A stretch of 64,000 nucleotides of DNA from positions 3,690 through 67,689 of the forward strand of contig JAGXTB010000247.1 of the NCBI GenBank assembly GCA_018334165.1. The letters are read 5' to 3'. Each line of letters begins with the position of its first letter. Position 1 is the stretch's first letter. Below the pieces are notes generated by a model that ran no database searches, was not told where the DNA came from, and worked only from the letters and a program-made list of their open reading frames with translations. The position numbers were made by a program, and so were the translations under genes. This stretch comes from Sphingomonadales bacterium (GTDB lineage Bacteria > Pseudomonadota > Alphaproteobacteria > Sphingomonadales > Sphingomonadaceae). This document shows, one piece after another, positions 39,222 through 49,319 of this stretch.

Positions 39222-39346
39222 GGTGTTCCTTACCCCTTGCTCCGCCTATGTCCCTAAAGCGATTTAAGCCGCGCGCTAGCCACTGTGGTTAACGCGATGA
39301 TAACCAAGTTCTGGTCAAGTGAACCCGTTCCAACCGGGGGCTTGTC

Positions 39347-39874
39347 ATGGGTAATACGGGTACGGCATCGCTGACCATCGCCGAACTGCGCGAATTCGCT
39401 GGCTTCTCGGCCGCCGAGCAGCGTTATATCAAGCGCAGCCTCGATATCGGCCTGGGGCGGCAGGATGCGTTCAAGCTGTGGGCCCGCGATGCGAGCGAAA
39501 ACGCCTCGATCCGCAGCCAGTATGTTGCCTATCAGGAGCTGAAGAGCCTGCGCGGGAGCATTCCGGCCGAAACCGGGTTCGATGCGCTCGAAGCTTTCAT
39601 GGGCAAACTGGTGCGGGTCGCCGCCTTCGATATCGCCCAGGACCGCCTCACCTGTTTTTCCGCCTTCCGCTTTCTCTATGAGCGGCTGCTGGGCGCCGAA
39701 GTGCGTCCGTTCCTGCCCAGCGCTTTTTGCGCGGCCAGTGCCTTGCCGCAGATCCGCCCGGACCGGCGCAAGCACTTGTTGCAATCGATCAGCGAAGCCG
39801 CGGCGACCGCACCCGGCTGGTCAGCCCGCGAGCCAAGTTTCTATCCGGAGTGGGTGGAAAAAGAGGCGGCGTAA
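39347..39874 (+). CDS. Hypothetical protein
   Basis: 175 aa ORF with native GC; no family recognised. Confidence 0.45.
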   Translation: MGNTGTASLTIAELREFAGFSAAEQRYIKRSLDIGLGRQDAFKLWARDASENASIRSQYVAYQELKSLRGSIPAETGFDALEAFMGKLVRVAAFDIAQDRLTCFSAFRFLYERLLGAEVRPFLPSAFCAASALPQIRPDRRKHLLQSISEAAATAPGWSAREPSFYPEWVEKEAA

Positions 39875-39949
39875 GAGTTTTCTCCCCTCGTAACTTCAAA
39901 TAAACCATTCAGGCGCAGTTTCGCGGGTGCAACGCCCGGGGAATCGTCT

Positions 39950-41575
39950 GTGACCACCATTGCCATCGATGGATTGAGCGAAGAGGAATTCCGTCGTTCG
40001 ATTGAAAGCGGCCTGCGCCGCGGCCGGGCTGACGAAGCCGTGGCCAAGCTGCGCGAGCTGATCGAGCCTTTTGCCGGCGAAGACCGGATCCTTCCGCACC
40101 GCTTCCTCACCATTGATGCAGCCGACCTGGAACTGGTGGGTTGGCAGGGGCTGAAGGACCGCATCCGCCGCTACGATCGCCCTGGCCGATTGGTCACCGC
40201 GGTTTCGATCGCGTTCGGCTGGCCGGGTGAGGATCTGCCCCAACCCGACGCCGACGGCCGGGTCAGCCCCCTGGTCGAAGTGGGCTATTACAATGACGAC
40301 GCCTTTCCCTTTTCGCGCAGCGGGCGCGAGGATCTGCTCGACGGCTATTCGTTTCACGGTTGCACCTGGGGCGATGACTGCGTGGGTTCGGATACCGCGC
40401 TGGCGCTTGAAGGGATCAGCGACCTGCACGGCGCGCTGGCCGCGCTCGAAGCGCGGCTGCTCGCCAGCGACGATCCCGATCCCGACGCGATCTGCGCCGG
40501 CTCGCTGGGCGCCTGCCTGCTTTCGGCACTGCTTTACCAGGCCGTGGCTGACAAGGTTGCCGAAGCGGGATTGCCGCGCCCGCTGTGCGTGATGGCCGGC
40601 AGCAACGGGGTCTATCCTTACTTCGACGCGCCGGTCACCGGCATGCCGATGGACGTGCTCAAAGCCGCACGGGCCCATGACGAGGAAGACAATCCCTTCG
40701 ACACCGGGGTCCCGGGCCCGCGCTATTCCAGCCTGGTGATGACCGGGATCAAGCGTGCGCCCAAGCGGGCGGTGCTGGTGCTGGAGGAAAGCGAAGAGGA
40801 AATGGCGGTGCGAATCGCCAATCTGCGCGGGCTGGCCCACGGCCACCCGGAAGCCGCGCCGTCAGCGCCTGCGGAATTCCCCGAGCTGCCCGAAGTTGCG
40901 GCGGCTCTGCCAACCGACGAAGCAATCATCGATTCGCCGATCAGCCCCTTGATGACCAAGAAGCCCCACGGCCCCTCTGGCCAGGGCTGGGATTTCCGCG
41001 ACATGCTGAGCCCGCGCGATCCCGATTCGCCCGGCGAACCTGCCCAGCAGATCGAGCCCGATTTTTCCGACTGGGACGAGCCCCAGCCGGAACCCGCTGG
41101 GGACAGCTGGGAAGAGGTTGAGCAAGCCGGTCCGTCTGAGCCGGATCTTGACGATCTGCCGGCCATGGACATCGATCCGGTCCGCGATAAGCCGGTCGAA
41201 CCGGGCTTCTCGCTGGTCGAAGTGAACCTGCAGGAACGGCTGCAATCGCTGTTGGCCAGTCCGGTTGTGCCGCTGGCCCCGGAACCGGAAAGCATCGCCG
41301 AACCCGAACCGGCTGACGAGACGAGCCTTGCCGCTGTTGAGCCGGAGCCAATTGCGGCCCACAGCCAGGTCACCGTGCCGGACTGGCCGCTGGGGCTGGG
41401 CTGGCTGGAGGAGGACGAAACCGCCGGCCCGGTTGCTGCGGTGCTGGCCGCGGACCCGCCAGCCGAATCACCGCTGAAAGAACCCAGGCCCTCGCTATGG
41501 GCGCGGCTGCGCGATGTGCTGGCCGCGCTGCGCCGAACTCCTCCCGCACCGCGGAGCCGAAAATTGCGCCCCTAG
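39950..41575 (+). CDS. Hypothetical protein with acidic Pro/Glu/Asp-rich C-terminal half
   Basis: 541 aa with a GTG start in the track. The N-terminal ~300 aa look globular; the C-terminal ~240 aa are low-complexity (PEPE, DLDDLP and similar). Confidence 0.5.
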   Translation: MTTIAIDGLSEEEFRRSIESGLRRGRADEAVAKLRELIEPFAGEDRILPHRFLTIDAADLELVGWQGLKDRIRRYDRPGRLVTAVSIAFGWPGEDLPQPDADGRVSPLVEVGYYNDDAFPFSRSGREDLLDGYSFHGCTWGDDCVGSDTALALEGISDLHGALAALEARLLASDDPDPDAICAGSLGACLLSALLYQAVADKVAEAGLPRPLCVMAGSNGVYPYFDAPVTGMPMDVLKAARAHDEEDNPFDTGVPGPRYSSLVMTGIKRAPKRAVLVLEESEEEMAVRIANLRGLAHGHPEAAPSAPAEFPELPEVAAALPTDEAIIDSPISPLMTKKPHGPSGQGWDFRDMLSPRDPDSPGEPAQQIEPDFSDWDEPQPEPAGDSWEEVEQAGPSEPDLDDLPAMDIDPVRDKPVEPGFSLVEVNLQERLQSLLASPVVPLAPEPESIAEPEPADETSLAAVEPEPIAAHSQVTVPDWPLGLGWLEEDETAGPVAAVLAADPPAESPLKEPRPSLWARLRDVLAALRRTPPAPRSRKLRP

Positions 41576-41696
41576 GCCCTGCATTCGAATTTTTCGCGCC
41601 CGCGCATTTTCCAAATCGACAAAGCCAAAACAAACGTGCATGCAGTCGCGCGGCCCGCCATGCGCGGGCATCGGGTAACACTAAGGGGATTCCCAA

Positions 41697-41891
41697 ATGA
41701 AGAAGATCGCACTGTTCGCTGCCATTGCTGCCGGTTCGCTGGCTGTTGCCGCTTGCGGCGAAAAGAAGGAAGAAGCCGCTCCGGCCGCTACCGAAGAAGC
41801 CGCTCCGGAAGCTTCGGCTGCTGGTTCGGAAGACGCTTCGGCTGCCGCTTCGGGCGACGCCGCTGCCGCTTCGAGCGAAGAAGCCAAGTAA
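41697..41891 (+). CDS. Small acidic lipoprotein
   Basis: MKKIALFAAIAAGSLAVAAC lipobox, then an Ala/Glu/Ser-rich tail. It is followed by a terminator. Confidence 0.6.
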   Translation: MKKIALFAAIAAGSLAVAACGEKKEEAAPAATEEAAPEASAAGSEDASAAASGDAAAASSEEAK

Positions 41892-41937
41892 GCTTCTGCT
41901 CGGCTTCGGCTGAGCGAGCTTCGGCTCAAAAGAACAA

Positions 41938-41981
41938 GGCCGGGCCGGCGGGTGTGGACCACTGCCGAGCCCGGCCTTTTC
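41938..41981. terminator. Rho-independent terminator (bidirectional context)
   Basis: ggccgggc ... gcccggcc stem followed by ttttct. It lies between convergent genes. Confidence 0.6.
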
Positions 41982-42003
41982 TGGTGCCCGATCGAATCGC
42001 GTT

Positions 42004-42393
42004 TCAGGGCTGGGCAGGCCATTCCTCGACGATCAGGTAGGCAACGGTGGTCTTGCCGATATTGACCGCTTCGTGCCACTCGGTTCCGGCACTGGTGAAA
42101 CTCGATCCAGTCTTGATGGTTGCCACTCTGGTGCCTTTGGCATCGGTCAGCCGCATCACCCCGCCACTCAGCGCATAGCCAAAATTGGCTGGGTGGAAAT
42201 GGCGCTCGTGCCCGGTGCCCGGCTTGAAGGTGCATTTGAGCACCCGGTTTGTGGCGGATTGCGACAGCAATTCGCAGGCCGGCTGACCCTTCCAGCCCGC
42301 CACAAGCGCGTCGGGCAATTTGCCATCGCGCGCCCCGATCAGACAGCAAGCCGCCGCCCAGACCGCAACTGTGCGCGCTGCGGTGGGCCTCAT
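42004..42393 (-). CDS. Cupin domain protein with N-terminal signal-like segment
   Basis: Trimmed to ATG at 42393, which forms an ATGA overlap with the upstream stop; GHERHFHPANFGYALSGG motif. Confidence 0.6.
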   Translation of the reverse strand: MRPTAARTVAVWAAACCLIGARDGKLPDALVAGWKGQPACELLSQSATNRVLKCTFKPGTGHERHFHPANFGYALSGGVMRLTDAKGTRVATIKTGSSFTSAGTEWHEAVNIGKTTVAYLIVEEWPAQP

Positions 42394-44237
42394 CCCTTGT
42401 AGAGTGCGTCGAGCCGCTCGCCATACCGCGCTTTCAGCTTGTGGCGGCGGATTGACTGCTTGGGGGTCAGTTCTTCGTTGTCGATCGTGAAGGCCTCGTC
42501 GGCGAAAGCGAACTGGCGGACTTTCTCGATCACGCTGAGGTCCTGATTGACCCGGTCGATCGCGGCGCGGACCGCGCTGCGGAAGGCGGGCAGGTCCTGC
42601 AGCGCCTTCATGTCGAACTTCTCGCCATTGGCCTGGGCCCATTCGATCGCCCATTCGGTATCGGGTACGACCAGTCCGACGATGTAGGGGCGGCGATCGC
42701 CCACGACCATCGCCTGAGCGATCTCGCTTTGCAGCGTCAGCAGCCCCTCAACCCGCGCGGGCGAAATATTGTCGCCCTTGTCGTTGACGATCATGTCCTT
42801 CTTGCGGTCGGTGATCACCAGTCGCCCGGCCTCGTCCAGGTGGCCGATATCACCGGTATGCAGCCACCCGTTCTGCAGCGCCTTGTCGGTTTCACCTTTG
42901 TTGCGCCAATAGCCGTGCATCACCAGCTCGCCGCGGACCAGGATCTCGCCGTCCTCGGCGATCTTGACCTCAACCCCGTTGAGCGGCGGACCAACGGTGT
43001 CCATCTTGAGCCCGGCCGCCGGGCGGTTGCATGAAATCACCGGGCCGGCCTCGGTCTGGCCATAGCCCTGGAGCATGGTCAGTCCCATCGATTCGAAGAA
43101 CACCCCCACTTCCGGGCTGAGCGGCGCGCCGCCCGAGACCATTGCCTTGATCCGCCCGCCAAAGCGCCCCCGGATCTTTGGGCGCAGCGTGCGCTCAAGG
43201 ATCAGGTCCATCGGCTTGTCGCGCCAGCGGCCCTTGCCGCCGGCCTTGCTGGCCCCGATCCGCATCGCCCGGTCCATCAGGAAATTGGCTACCTTCCCCT
43301 GCTTTTCGACCTGCTTCATGATCCGCGCGCGCAGCACTTCGAACAGCCGCGGGACTACGACCATGATCGTCGGACGGGTTTCCTCGATGTTGGAGGCGAG
43401 CTTTTCGAGCCCCTCGGCATAATAGATCTGCGCGCCGGTCGAGATCGGCAGCATCTGCCCGCCGGTATGCTCGTACGCATGGCTGAGCGGCAGGAACGAG
43501 AGGAACGCGTCGTCCTCGTCGAGCCCGAAATCCTCGGCCAGAATCCGCGCCGCGCCATCGGCATTCATCAGCATCGCGCCGTGGTGCTGCATTACTCCGC
43601 GCGGGCTTCCGCCGGTGCCGCTGGTGTAGATCAGGCAGGCGGTATCATTGCGCCCGATCGCGGCGATCCGCGCTTCGACGGCTGCACGCTCTTGCCCGCC
43701 GTCACCCGCGATCAGCGCCTGCCAGTCGTGATAGTCATAGCCTTCGGCCTGGGCGATCCGCAGCGGCTCGATCCCGATGACGTGCTTGGCGATGCCAGAA
43801 CGGATCACCGCGCCCAGCAAGGGCTTGGCCAGCTTGTCATTGGCGACCACTACCGCACTGGCACCCGAATCCTCCTGGATATGCATGTGGTCGCGCTCGG
43901 TATTGGTGACATAGGCTGGCACCGTGATGCAGCCCGCGGCCATGATCCCGAAATCGGCGATGCACCATTCGGGCCGGTTCTCGGAAACCAGCATCACCCG
44001 GTCGCCGTCTTTCAGGCCCAGCTTGCGCAAGCTCACGGCCAGGCAGCAGACTTGCCGCGCCACTTCGGCCCAGCTCAATGCCTGCCATTTGCCGCCTTGC
44101 TTGGCCCACAGGAACGGCGCATCGCCTTTGGCATCGGCGCGCGCCAGAAACAGTTCAACCAGGTTCCTGCGTGTCGGCAGGTCAGAGATATCAACCACGT
44201 GCAGCGCCCCTTTCGCGTGCATCCTTTGTCCCGGCAT
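42390..44237 (-). CDS. Long-chain acyl-CoA synthetase (AMP-forming)
   Basis: LIYTSGTGGSPRGV AMP-binding motif and GWLHTGDIG. Confidence 0.9.
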   Translation of the reverse strand: MPGQRMHAKGALHVVDISDLPTRRNLVELFLARADAKGDAPFLWAKQGGKWQALSWAEVARQVCCLAVSLRKLGLKDGDRVMLVSENRPEWCIADFGIMAAGCITVPAYVTNTERDHMHIQEDSGASAVVVANDKLAKPLLGAVIRSGIAKHVIGIEPLRIAQAEGYDYHDWQALIAGDGGQERAAVEARIAAIGRNDTACLIYTSGTGGSPRGVMQHHGAMLMNADGAARILAEDFGLDEDDAFLSFLPLSHAYEHTGGQMLPISTGAQIYYAEGLEKLASNIEETRPTIMVVVPRLFEVLRARIMKQVEKQGKVANFLMDRAMRIGASKAGGKGRWRDKPMDLILERTLRPKIRGRFGGRIKAMVSGGAPLSPEVGVFFESMGLTMLQGYGQTEAGPVISCNRPAAGLKMDTVGPPLNGVEVKIAEDGEILVRGELVMHGYWRNKGETDKALQNGWLHTGDIGHLDEAGRLVITDRKKDMIVNDKGDNISPARVEGLLTLQSEIAQAMVVGDRRPYIVGLVVPDTEWAIEWAQANGEKFDMKALQDLPAFRSAVRAAIDRVNQDLSVIEKVRQFAFADEAFTIDNEELTPKQSIRRHKLKARYGERLDALYKG

Positions 44238-44269
44238 CCTGACTAAGACGCCTCGGCGCGCCTCGCAAG

Positions 44270-46009
44270 CTATTCGCTGATCGCTTTGCCTTCGCTGCGT
44301 GGATCAGCCGCGCCTTGCAGCTTGCGCCCGTCGATCCGGATCGCCTGGGCCTTGAACGAGATCGAGGCGCGGAACTGCAGATCGGCGTGGCCCAGCTGGC
44401 TAAGCGCCGGACCCATGGCTTCAAGCGCGGTACCCTTCTCCAGGTAGACCGTGTTGCCACCCGGCGCGAACAGCACCGGCAGGGCCAGCGCCTGGTCGGG
44501 CGGCAGGTCCCAGTCGAGCACGCCAATCAACGCCCGGATCACTTGCGCGGGGATCGTGGTGCCCCCGGCGGCGCCGACCACCAGCACCAGCTTGCCGTCG
44601 GGCCCGAAGACCAGCGTCGGCGACATCGAGCTGCGCGGGCGTTTGCCGCTGTCAGGCCGGTTGGCGACCAGGCGGCCGTCCTTTTCGGACTGCATGTCAA
44701 AGTCGGTCAGCTCGTTGTTGAGGAAGTAGCCGCCGACGATCAGCCCCGATCCGAAACCGCTTTCGATGGTCGAGGTATAGCTCACCGCATTGCCCGCGCG
44801 GTCGACTACCGAGATGTGCGAGGTGCCGTATTCCTCGGCATAGGGCGCATCGGCGCGGGCCAGCTTTTCGGCCCCCGGCGGGGTCCCGGCGCTGACGCTG
44901 GGCATGGTCTTGGCCGGATCGATCAGTGCCGAACGGCTGGCGAGATACTTGGCGTCGATCATCCCGGCGACCGGCACTTCGACGAAATCGGCATCAGCCG
45001 AATAGCGTGCACGGTCGGCATAGGCGAGGCGCTGGCTTTCGGCGATCAGGTGCCAGGACGTGGGCGAATCCTTGCCCAGTTTCGCCATGTCAAAGCGTTC
45101 AAGCTGACCCAGCGTTGCCAGCACCGTTGTCGCGCCTGAGCTCGGCGGGCCCATCCCGCAGATCTTGTAACGGCGGTACTGCGCGCAGACCGGCGCGCGG
45201 TTCTTGGCCTGATAGGAAGTGACGTCGCTTTCCACCATTGGCGCAGGCGCGCGCGGCGCGGTGGTGACCTTGGCGACAATCGCCTTGGGGTTGGCGCCGG
45301 CATAGAACGCCTGCTCGCCCTGGTCGGCGATCGCCTGCAAGGTATCGGCCAGCGCCGGGTTCTTGATCACGGTGCCGACCGGCAACGGTTCGCCATCGGC
45401 GCCATAGTAGAGCGCGCGGCCTTCCTCGGTCAGCGCGGCGACGCGTTTGGAGCTCTTCAGTGCATTGTGCAGCCGCGGGGTCATGACAAAGCCATCGCGC
45501 GCCAGCTTGATCGCCGGGGCATAGAGCGCAGCCCAGGGCAGGCGGCCATGCGCGCGGTGGGCTTTGGCGGCGAGTGCAATGTTGCCCGGAACCCCAACGC
45601 TGGCCCCGCCCGGCACCACGTCCAGATAGGTCAGCTGCTTGCCGTCCTTGACGAACCATTTGGGGCTGGCCGCGGCGGGAGCGGTTTCGCGCCCGTCGAA
45701 GGTTGCAACCTGGCCGCGCGAGTTGGTCGCAACATAAAGCCCGCCGCCGCCGATGCCTGAGCTTTGCGGTTCAACCACTGTCAAGGCCAGCATGGTCGCG
45801 ATTGCCGCGTCGGTGGCGCTGCCGCCCTGGCGCAGCATCTCTACCCCGGCCTCGGCCGCGCGCGGATCGGCGGCGCTGACCATCCCGGCGTCATAGGCCT
45901 GGGCCCTCGGCGGCGGGGCCGACTGGTCGGCGGCAGTGGTGGCGCAGCCCGCAAGGGCAAGCGGGGCGAGGAGCAGGGTGATCCGGTTGAGTTTCATCAT
46001 ATGTCCCAT
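44270..46009 (-). CDS. ggt: Gamma-glutamyltransferase
   Basis: Lipoprotein-type signal; GTSHISVVD autoprocessing/nucleophile motif. Confidence 0.93.
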   Translation of the reverse strand: MGHMMKLNRITLLLAPLALAGCATTAADQSAPPPRAQAYDAGMVSAADPRAAEAGVEMLRQGGSATDAAIATMLALTVVEPQSSGIGGGGLYVATNSRGQVATFDGRETAPAAASPKWFVKDGKQLTYLDVVPGGASVGVPGNIALAAKAHRAHGRLPWAALYAPAIKLARDGFVMTPRLHNALKSSKRVAALTEEGRALYYGADGEPLPVGTVIKNPALADTLQAIADQGEQAFYAGANPKAIVAKVTTAPRAPAPMVESDVTSYQAKNRAPVCAQYRRYKICGMGPPSSGATTVLATLGQLERFDMAKLGKDSPTSWHLIAESQRLAYADRARYSADADFVEVPVAGMIDAKYLASRSALIDPAKTMPSVSAGTPPGAEKLARADAPYAEEYGTSHISVVDRAGNAVSYTSTIESGFGSGLIVGGYFLNNELTDFDMQSEKDGRLVANRPDSGKRPRSSMSPTLVFGPDGKLVLVVGAAGGTTIPAQVIRALIGVLDWDLPPDQALALPVLFAPGGNTVYLEKGTALEAMGPALSQLGHADLQFRASISFKAQAIRIDGRKLQGAADPRSEGKAISE

Positions 46010-46011
46010 GG

Positions 46012-47040
46012 CTATTCGCTTCCGACTGCTTCGGCAATGGAGCCAAAGCCATCGCGTTGCATCAGCCGTTCGAGCCCGCGCACGATCTCGCGCGCGATCC
46101 CTGGCCCTTCATAGGCCATCGCGCTGTAAAGCTGGACCAGGCTCGCCCCGGCGCGGATCCGCTGCCAGGCGTGCTCGGCCGTGGCAATCCCGCCCACCCC
46201 GATCAGCGGCATGGCACCGCCGGTGGCCCTGCGGAATTGCCGCAGCCGTTCGAGCGCCAGTTCGCGCAAAGGCGCGCCTGACAGCCCGCCCGCTTCAAGG
46301 GCATGGCGCGATTGCAGCGGCGGGCGCGAAATGGTGGTGTTGGATACGATCAGCGCGCCCAGCTTCTTGTCGATTGCGATCCGGGCAATTGCCTCCACAT
46401 CGGCGCTTTCAAGGTCAGGCGCGACTTTCAGAAACACCGGCGGACCCGAAGAGCCGCGCGCCTCCATTACTGCGTCGAGCAGCGCGGTCAGCGCGCCCTC
46501 GTCTTGCAAAGCGCGCAGGCCCGGGGTGTTGGGGCTGGAGATATTGACCGCCAGATAGCTGGCCAAGGGGGCCATCAGCCGCGCCATGGTGGCATAGTCC
46601 GCAATCCGGTCGGGCGAATCCTTGTTCGCGCCGATGTTGATCCCGACCACGCCGGGTCGGCCGAGCCGGGCGGAGAGCCGCGCTACTGCGGCCTCGGCTC
46701 CGTGATTGTTGAACCCCATCCGGTTGATCACCGCCTGATCTTCCAGCAGGCGGAACAGGCGCGGGCGCGGGTTGCCGGCCTGGGGCAGCGGCGTGATCGA
46801 ACCGACCTCGGCAAAGCCAAAGCCCAGCGCCAGCAGCGCATCGGGCACCTCGCCGTCCTTATCATAGCCGGCCGCCATGCCCAGCGGGTTGGGAAAGCTG
46901 AGGCCAGCCACTTCGGTTGCCAGCGGGCCTTCGGCGGGCCCAGCGCCACCCGGCAGCAGTTTGAGCGCGGCGAGCGACAGATTGTGGGCGCGTTCGGGAT
47001 CAAGCAGGAACAGGGCGGGGCGCAGCAGCGAGTAGATCAT
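46012..47040 (-). CDS. pyrD: Dihydroorotate dehydrogenase (quinone)
   Basis: PLGMAAGYDKDGE, NRMGFNN and NISSPNTPGLR motifs. Confidence 0.95.
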   Translation of the reverse strand: MIYSLLRPALFLLDPERAHNLSLAALKLLPGGAGPAEGPLATEVAGLSFPNPLGMAAGYDKDGEVPDALLALGFGFAEVGSITPLPQAGNPRPRLFRLLEDQAVINRMGFNNHGAEAAVARLSARLGRPGVVGINIGANKDSPDRIADYATMARLMAPLASYLAVNISSPNTPGLRALQDEGALTALLDAVMEARGSSGPPVFLKVAPDLESADVEAIARIAIDKKLGALIVSNTTISRPPLQSRHALEAGGLSGAPLRELALERLRQFRRATGGAMPLIGVGGIATAEHAWQRIRAGASLVQLYSAMAYEGPGIAREIVRGLERLMQRDGFGSIAEAVGSE

Positions 47041-47268
47041 GGCATGCGCCTATGGCAGCACCTCAGCGCGCTGTCGATTCGCCTCGCGCTGTCCAAAACT
47101 CGCCAAAGTTGGACGAATCCGACACGATTCCGCCAAAAAATCCGCTTCGGACCTATCGGCGATGGCAAAGCTGGCGAATCCCTACAATTCCCGTTTGAGG
47201 GCTGGACCTATCCAACCCCTGCGACCCGAAGGACTCGAAGCATCTTGCAACGAGATCCTAACTTTAAA

Positions 47269-47306
47269 AGCGACCCCCAGGCCAAGGCTTGCGGGTCGCT
47301 TCTTTT
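47269..47306. terminator. Orphan hairpin plus T-run in a divergent intergenic region
   Basis: agcgaccc (47269..47276) pairs with gggtcgct (47293..47300), then tctttt. An aaaa run on the left makes it terminator-like on both strands. Confidence 0.45.
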
Positions 47307-47402
47307 ATGTGGTCCAGACTGGCCCCAAACCAGACATTGCAAAGCGCAGTGCGGAGGCTTAGGGGCAAATCGGAACGAATCAGTCCGATTAGGATTTGCC
47401 AC

Positions 47403-47813
47403 ATGCGCCTGTCCTCCATGGCAGACTATGCCGTCGTCACGATGAGCGCCGCCGCGCGCCACTGTGGCGGTGTGCGCGTTTCCGCTGCGCAGCTGGCCGA
47501 GGAAACCGGCCTGCCCGCGCCGACCGTGCAGAAGCTGGTCAGCCGCCTGACCGCCGCCGGCCTGCTGCGCAGCGCGCGTGGCGCGCACGGGGGGCTCAAG
47601 CTGGCGCGCCCGGCTGCCGCGATCACGCTGGCCGATATCATCGAAGCGGTCGAAGGCCCGATCGCGCTCACCGCCTGCGCGCCCGAGGGCAAGCACGATT
47701 GCGGGATGGAGCAGGCCTGCATGGTCCGCCCGCACTGGGCTCTGGTCAATACCGCGATGCGCGGCGCGCTCGCCGAAGTCTCGCTGTCGCGCCTGGCGGA
47801 GATCTCGGCATGA
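47403..47813 (+). CDS. Rrf2 family transcriptional regulator (SUF regulator type)
   Basis: [19 protein letters not shown]-terminus and a cysteine cluster (C..C....C region [19 protein letters not shown]). First gene of the suf operon. Confidence 0.85.
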   Translation: MRLSSMADYAVVTMSAAARHCGGVRVSAAQLAEETGLPAPTVQKLVSRLTAAGLLRSARGAHGGLKLARPAAAITLADIIEAVEGPIALTACAPEGKHDCGMEQACMVRPHWALVNTAMRGALAEVSLSRLAEISA

Positions 47814-49288
47814 CCGACACCCCGATCAAGGATCAGGCCGCACGCGATGCTGCCGCAAAGGTCGCCGATTACGAGCACGGCTGGTCGGCCGACATCGAGA
47901 CCGACTTTGCCCCCAAAGGTCTCGACGAAAGCACCGTGCGGTTCATCAGCGCCAAGAAGAACGAGCCCGAATGGATGCTCGACTGGCGCTTGAAGGCGTT
48001 CCGCCACTGGCAGACCATGCCGATGCCCGACTGGGCCAAGCTCAACATCCCGCCGATCGATTACCAGGACGCGTACTATTACGCGGCACCGCGGATGAAG
48101 CCCAGGCTGGCCAGCCTCGACGAAGTCGATCCGGAGATCCTCAGGGTTTACGAGAAGCTCGGCATCCCGCTGGAGGAGCAGAAGGTGCTCGCGGGCGTCG
48201 AAGGCGCGCGCAAGGTTGCGGTCGATGCGGTGTTTGACTCTGTTAGCGTCGCCACCACTTTCCGCGAGGAGCTCAAAAAAGCCGGGGTGGTGTTCCTCTC
48301 GATCTCCGAGGCGATCCGCGAATATCCCGAACTGGTCAGGAAGTGGCTTGGCAAGGTCGTGCCGATGCACGACAACTTCTTCGCCGCACTCAACTGCGCG
48401 GTCTTTTCCGACGGGACTTTTGTTTACATCCCCGAAGGGGTGCGCTGCCCGATGGAGCTCAGCACCTATTTCCGGATCAATGCCGAAAACACCGGCCAGT
48501 TCGAACGCACGCTGATCGTGGCCGCCAAGGGCGCTTACGTCTCCTACCTCGAAGGCTGCACCGCGCCGATGCGCGATGAGAACCAGCTCCACGCCGCAGT
48601 GGTCGAACTGGTCGCGCTCGACGATGCCGAGATCAAGTATTCGACCGTGCAGAACTGGTACCCCGGCAATGCCGAAGGGCTGGGCGGGATCTACAACTTC
48701 GTCACCAAGCGCGCGCTGTGTCAGGGCAAGCGCAGCAAGGTTTCGTGGACGCAGGTCGAAACCGGCAGCGCCGTCACCTGGAAGTATCCCAGCTGCGTGC
48801 TCAACGGTGAAGACAGCGTCGGCGAATTCTATTCTGTCGCGGTGACCAACAATTACCAGCAGGCCGATACCGGCACCAAGATGATCCACAACGGCAAGGG
48901 CACCCGCTCGACGATCATCAGCAAGGGCATCTCGGCCGGCAAGAGCCAGAACACCTATCGCGGGCTGGTCCGTGTCGCACCGGGCGCCGAAGGCGTGCGC
49001 AATTTCACCCAGTGCGATTCGCTGCTGCTCGGCAAAGACTGCGGCGCGCACACCGTGCCCTATATCGAGGTCCGCAATCCCAGCGCCCAGATCGAGCACG
49101 AAGCGACCACCTCGAAGATCTCCGACGACCAGTTGTTCTACGCGATGCAGCGCGGGCTCGATCAGGAAGCGGCGGTGGCGCTGATCGTCAACGGCTTCGC
49201 CAAGGAAGTGCTGCAACAGCTGCCGATGGAGTTCGCGGTCGAAGCGCAGAAGCTGCTGGGGATTTCGCTTGAGGGGAGCGTGGGATGA
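47810..49288 (+). CDS. sufB: Fe-S cluster assembly protein SufB
   Basis: Start at ATG 47810 (ATGA overlap); 492 aa; conserved C-terminal [15 protein letters not shown]. Confidence 0.96.
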   Translation: MTDTPIKDQAARDAAAKVADYEHGWSADIETDFAPKGLDESTVRFISAKKNEPEWMLDWRLKAFRHWQTMPMPDWAKLNIPPIDYQDAYYYAAPRMKPRLASLDEVDPEILRVYEKLGIPLEEQKVLAGVEGARKVAVDAVFDSVSVATTFREELKKAGVVFLSISEAIREYPELVRKWLGKVVPMHDNFFAALNCAVFSDGTFVYIPEGVRCPMELSTYFRINAENTGQFERTLIVAAKGAYVSYLEGCTAPMRDENQLHAAVVELVALDDAEIKYSTVQNWYPGNAEGLGGIYNFVTKRALCQGKRSKVSWTQVETGSAVTWKYPSCVLNGEDSVGEFYSVAVTNNYQQADTGTKMIHNGKGTRSTIISKGISAGKSQNTYRGLVRVAPGAEGVRNFTQCDSLLLGKDCGAHTVPYIEVRNPSAQIEHEATTSKISDDQLFYAMQRGLDQEAAVALIVNGFAKEVLQQLPMEFAVEAQKLLGISLEGSVG

Positions 49289-49319
49289 GCATCTCTCCAC
49301 CCGCCAAAACACCCACTCG

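Noticed and set aside
41636-42424. ORFs 41636..42040 (+) and 41681..42424 (-) overlapping the small lipoprotein and cupin genes
   Set aside because: They are Arg-rich or low-complexity translations. The lipobox ORF plus terminator and the cupin ORF, with its ATGA coupling to the upstream gene, explain the region better.
47039-47362. 107-aa plus-strand ORF spanning the pyrD/suf spacer
   Set aside because: It runs straight through the terminator hairpin, has no ribosome-binding site or recognisable motif, and lies in a compositionally non-coding-looking region.
47426-49312. 628-aa minus-strand ORF opposite sufB. Similar long antisense ORFs are at 29238..30875, 23899..25605, 35978..37015, 37380..38540, 30951..32312 and 60792..62093.
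   Set aside because: Each lies opposite a gene with strong family motifs (sufB, fumA, S9 peptidase, ctaA, thiG, histidine kinase, xseA). They have no recognisable motifs and are high-GC open-frame artefacts.
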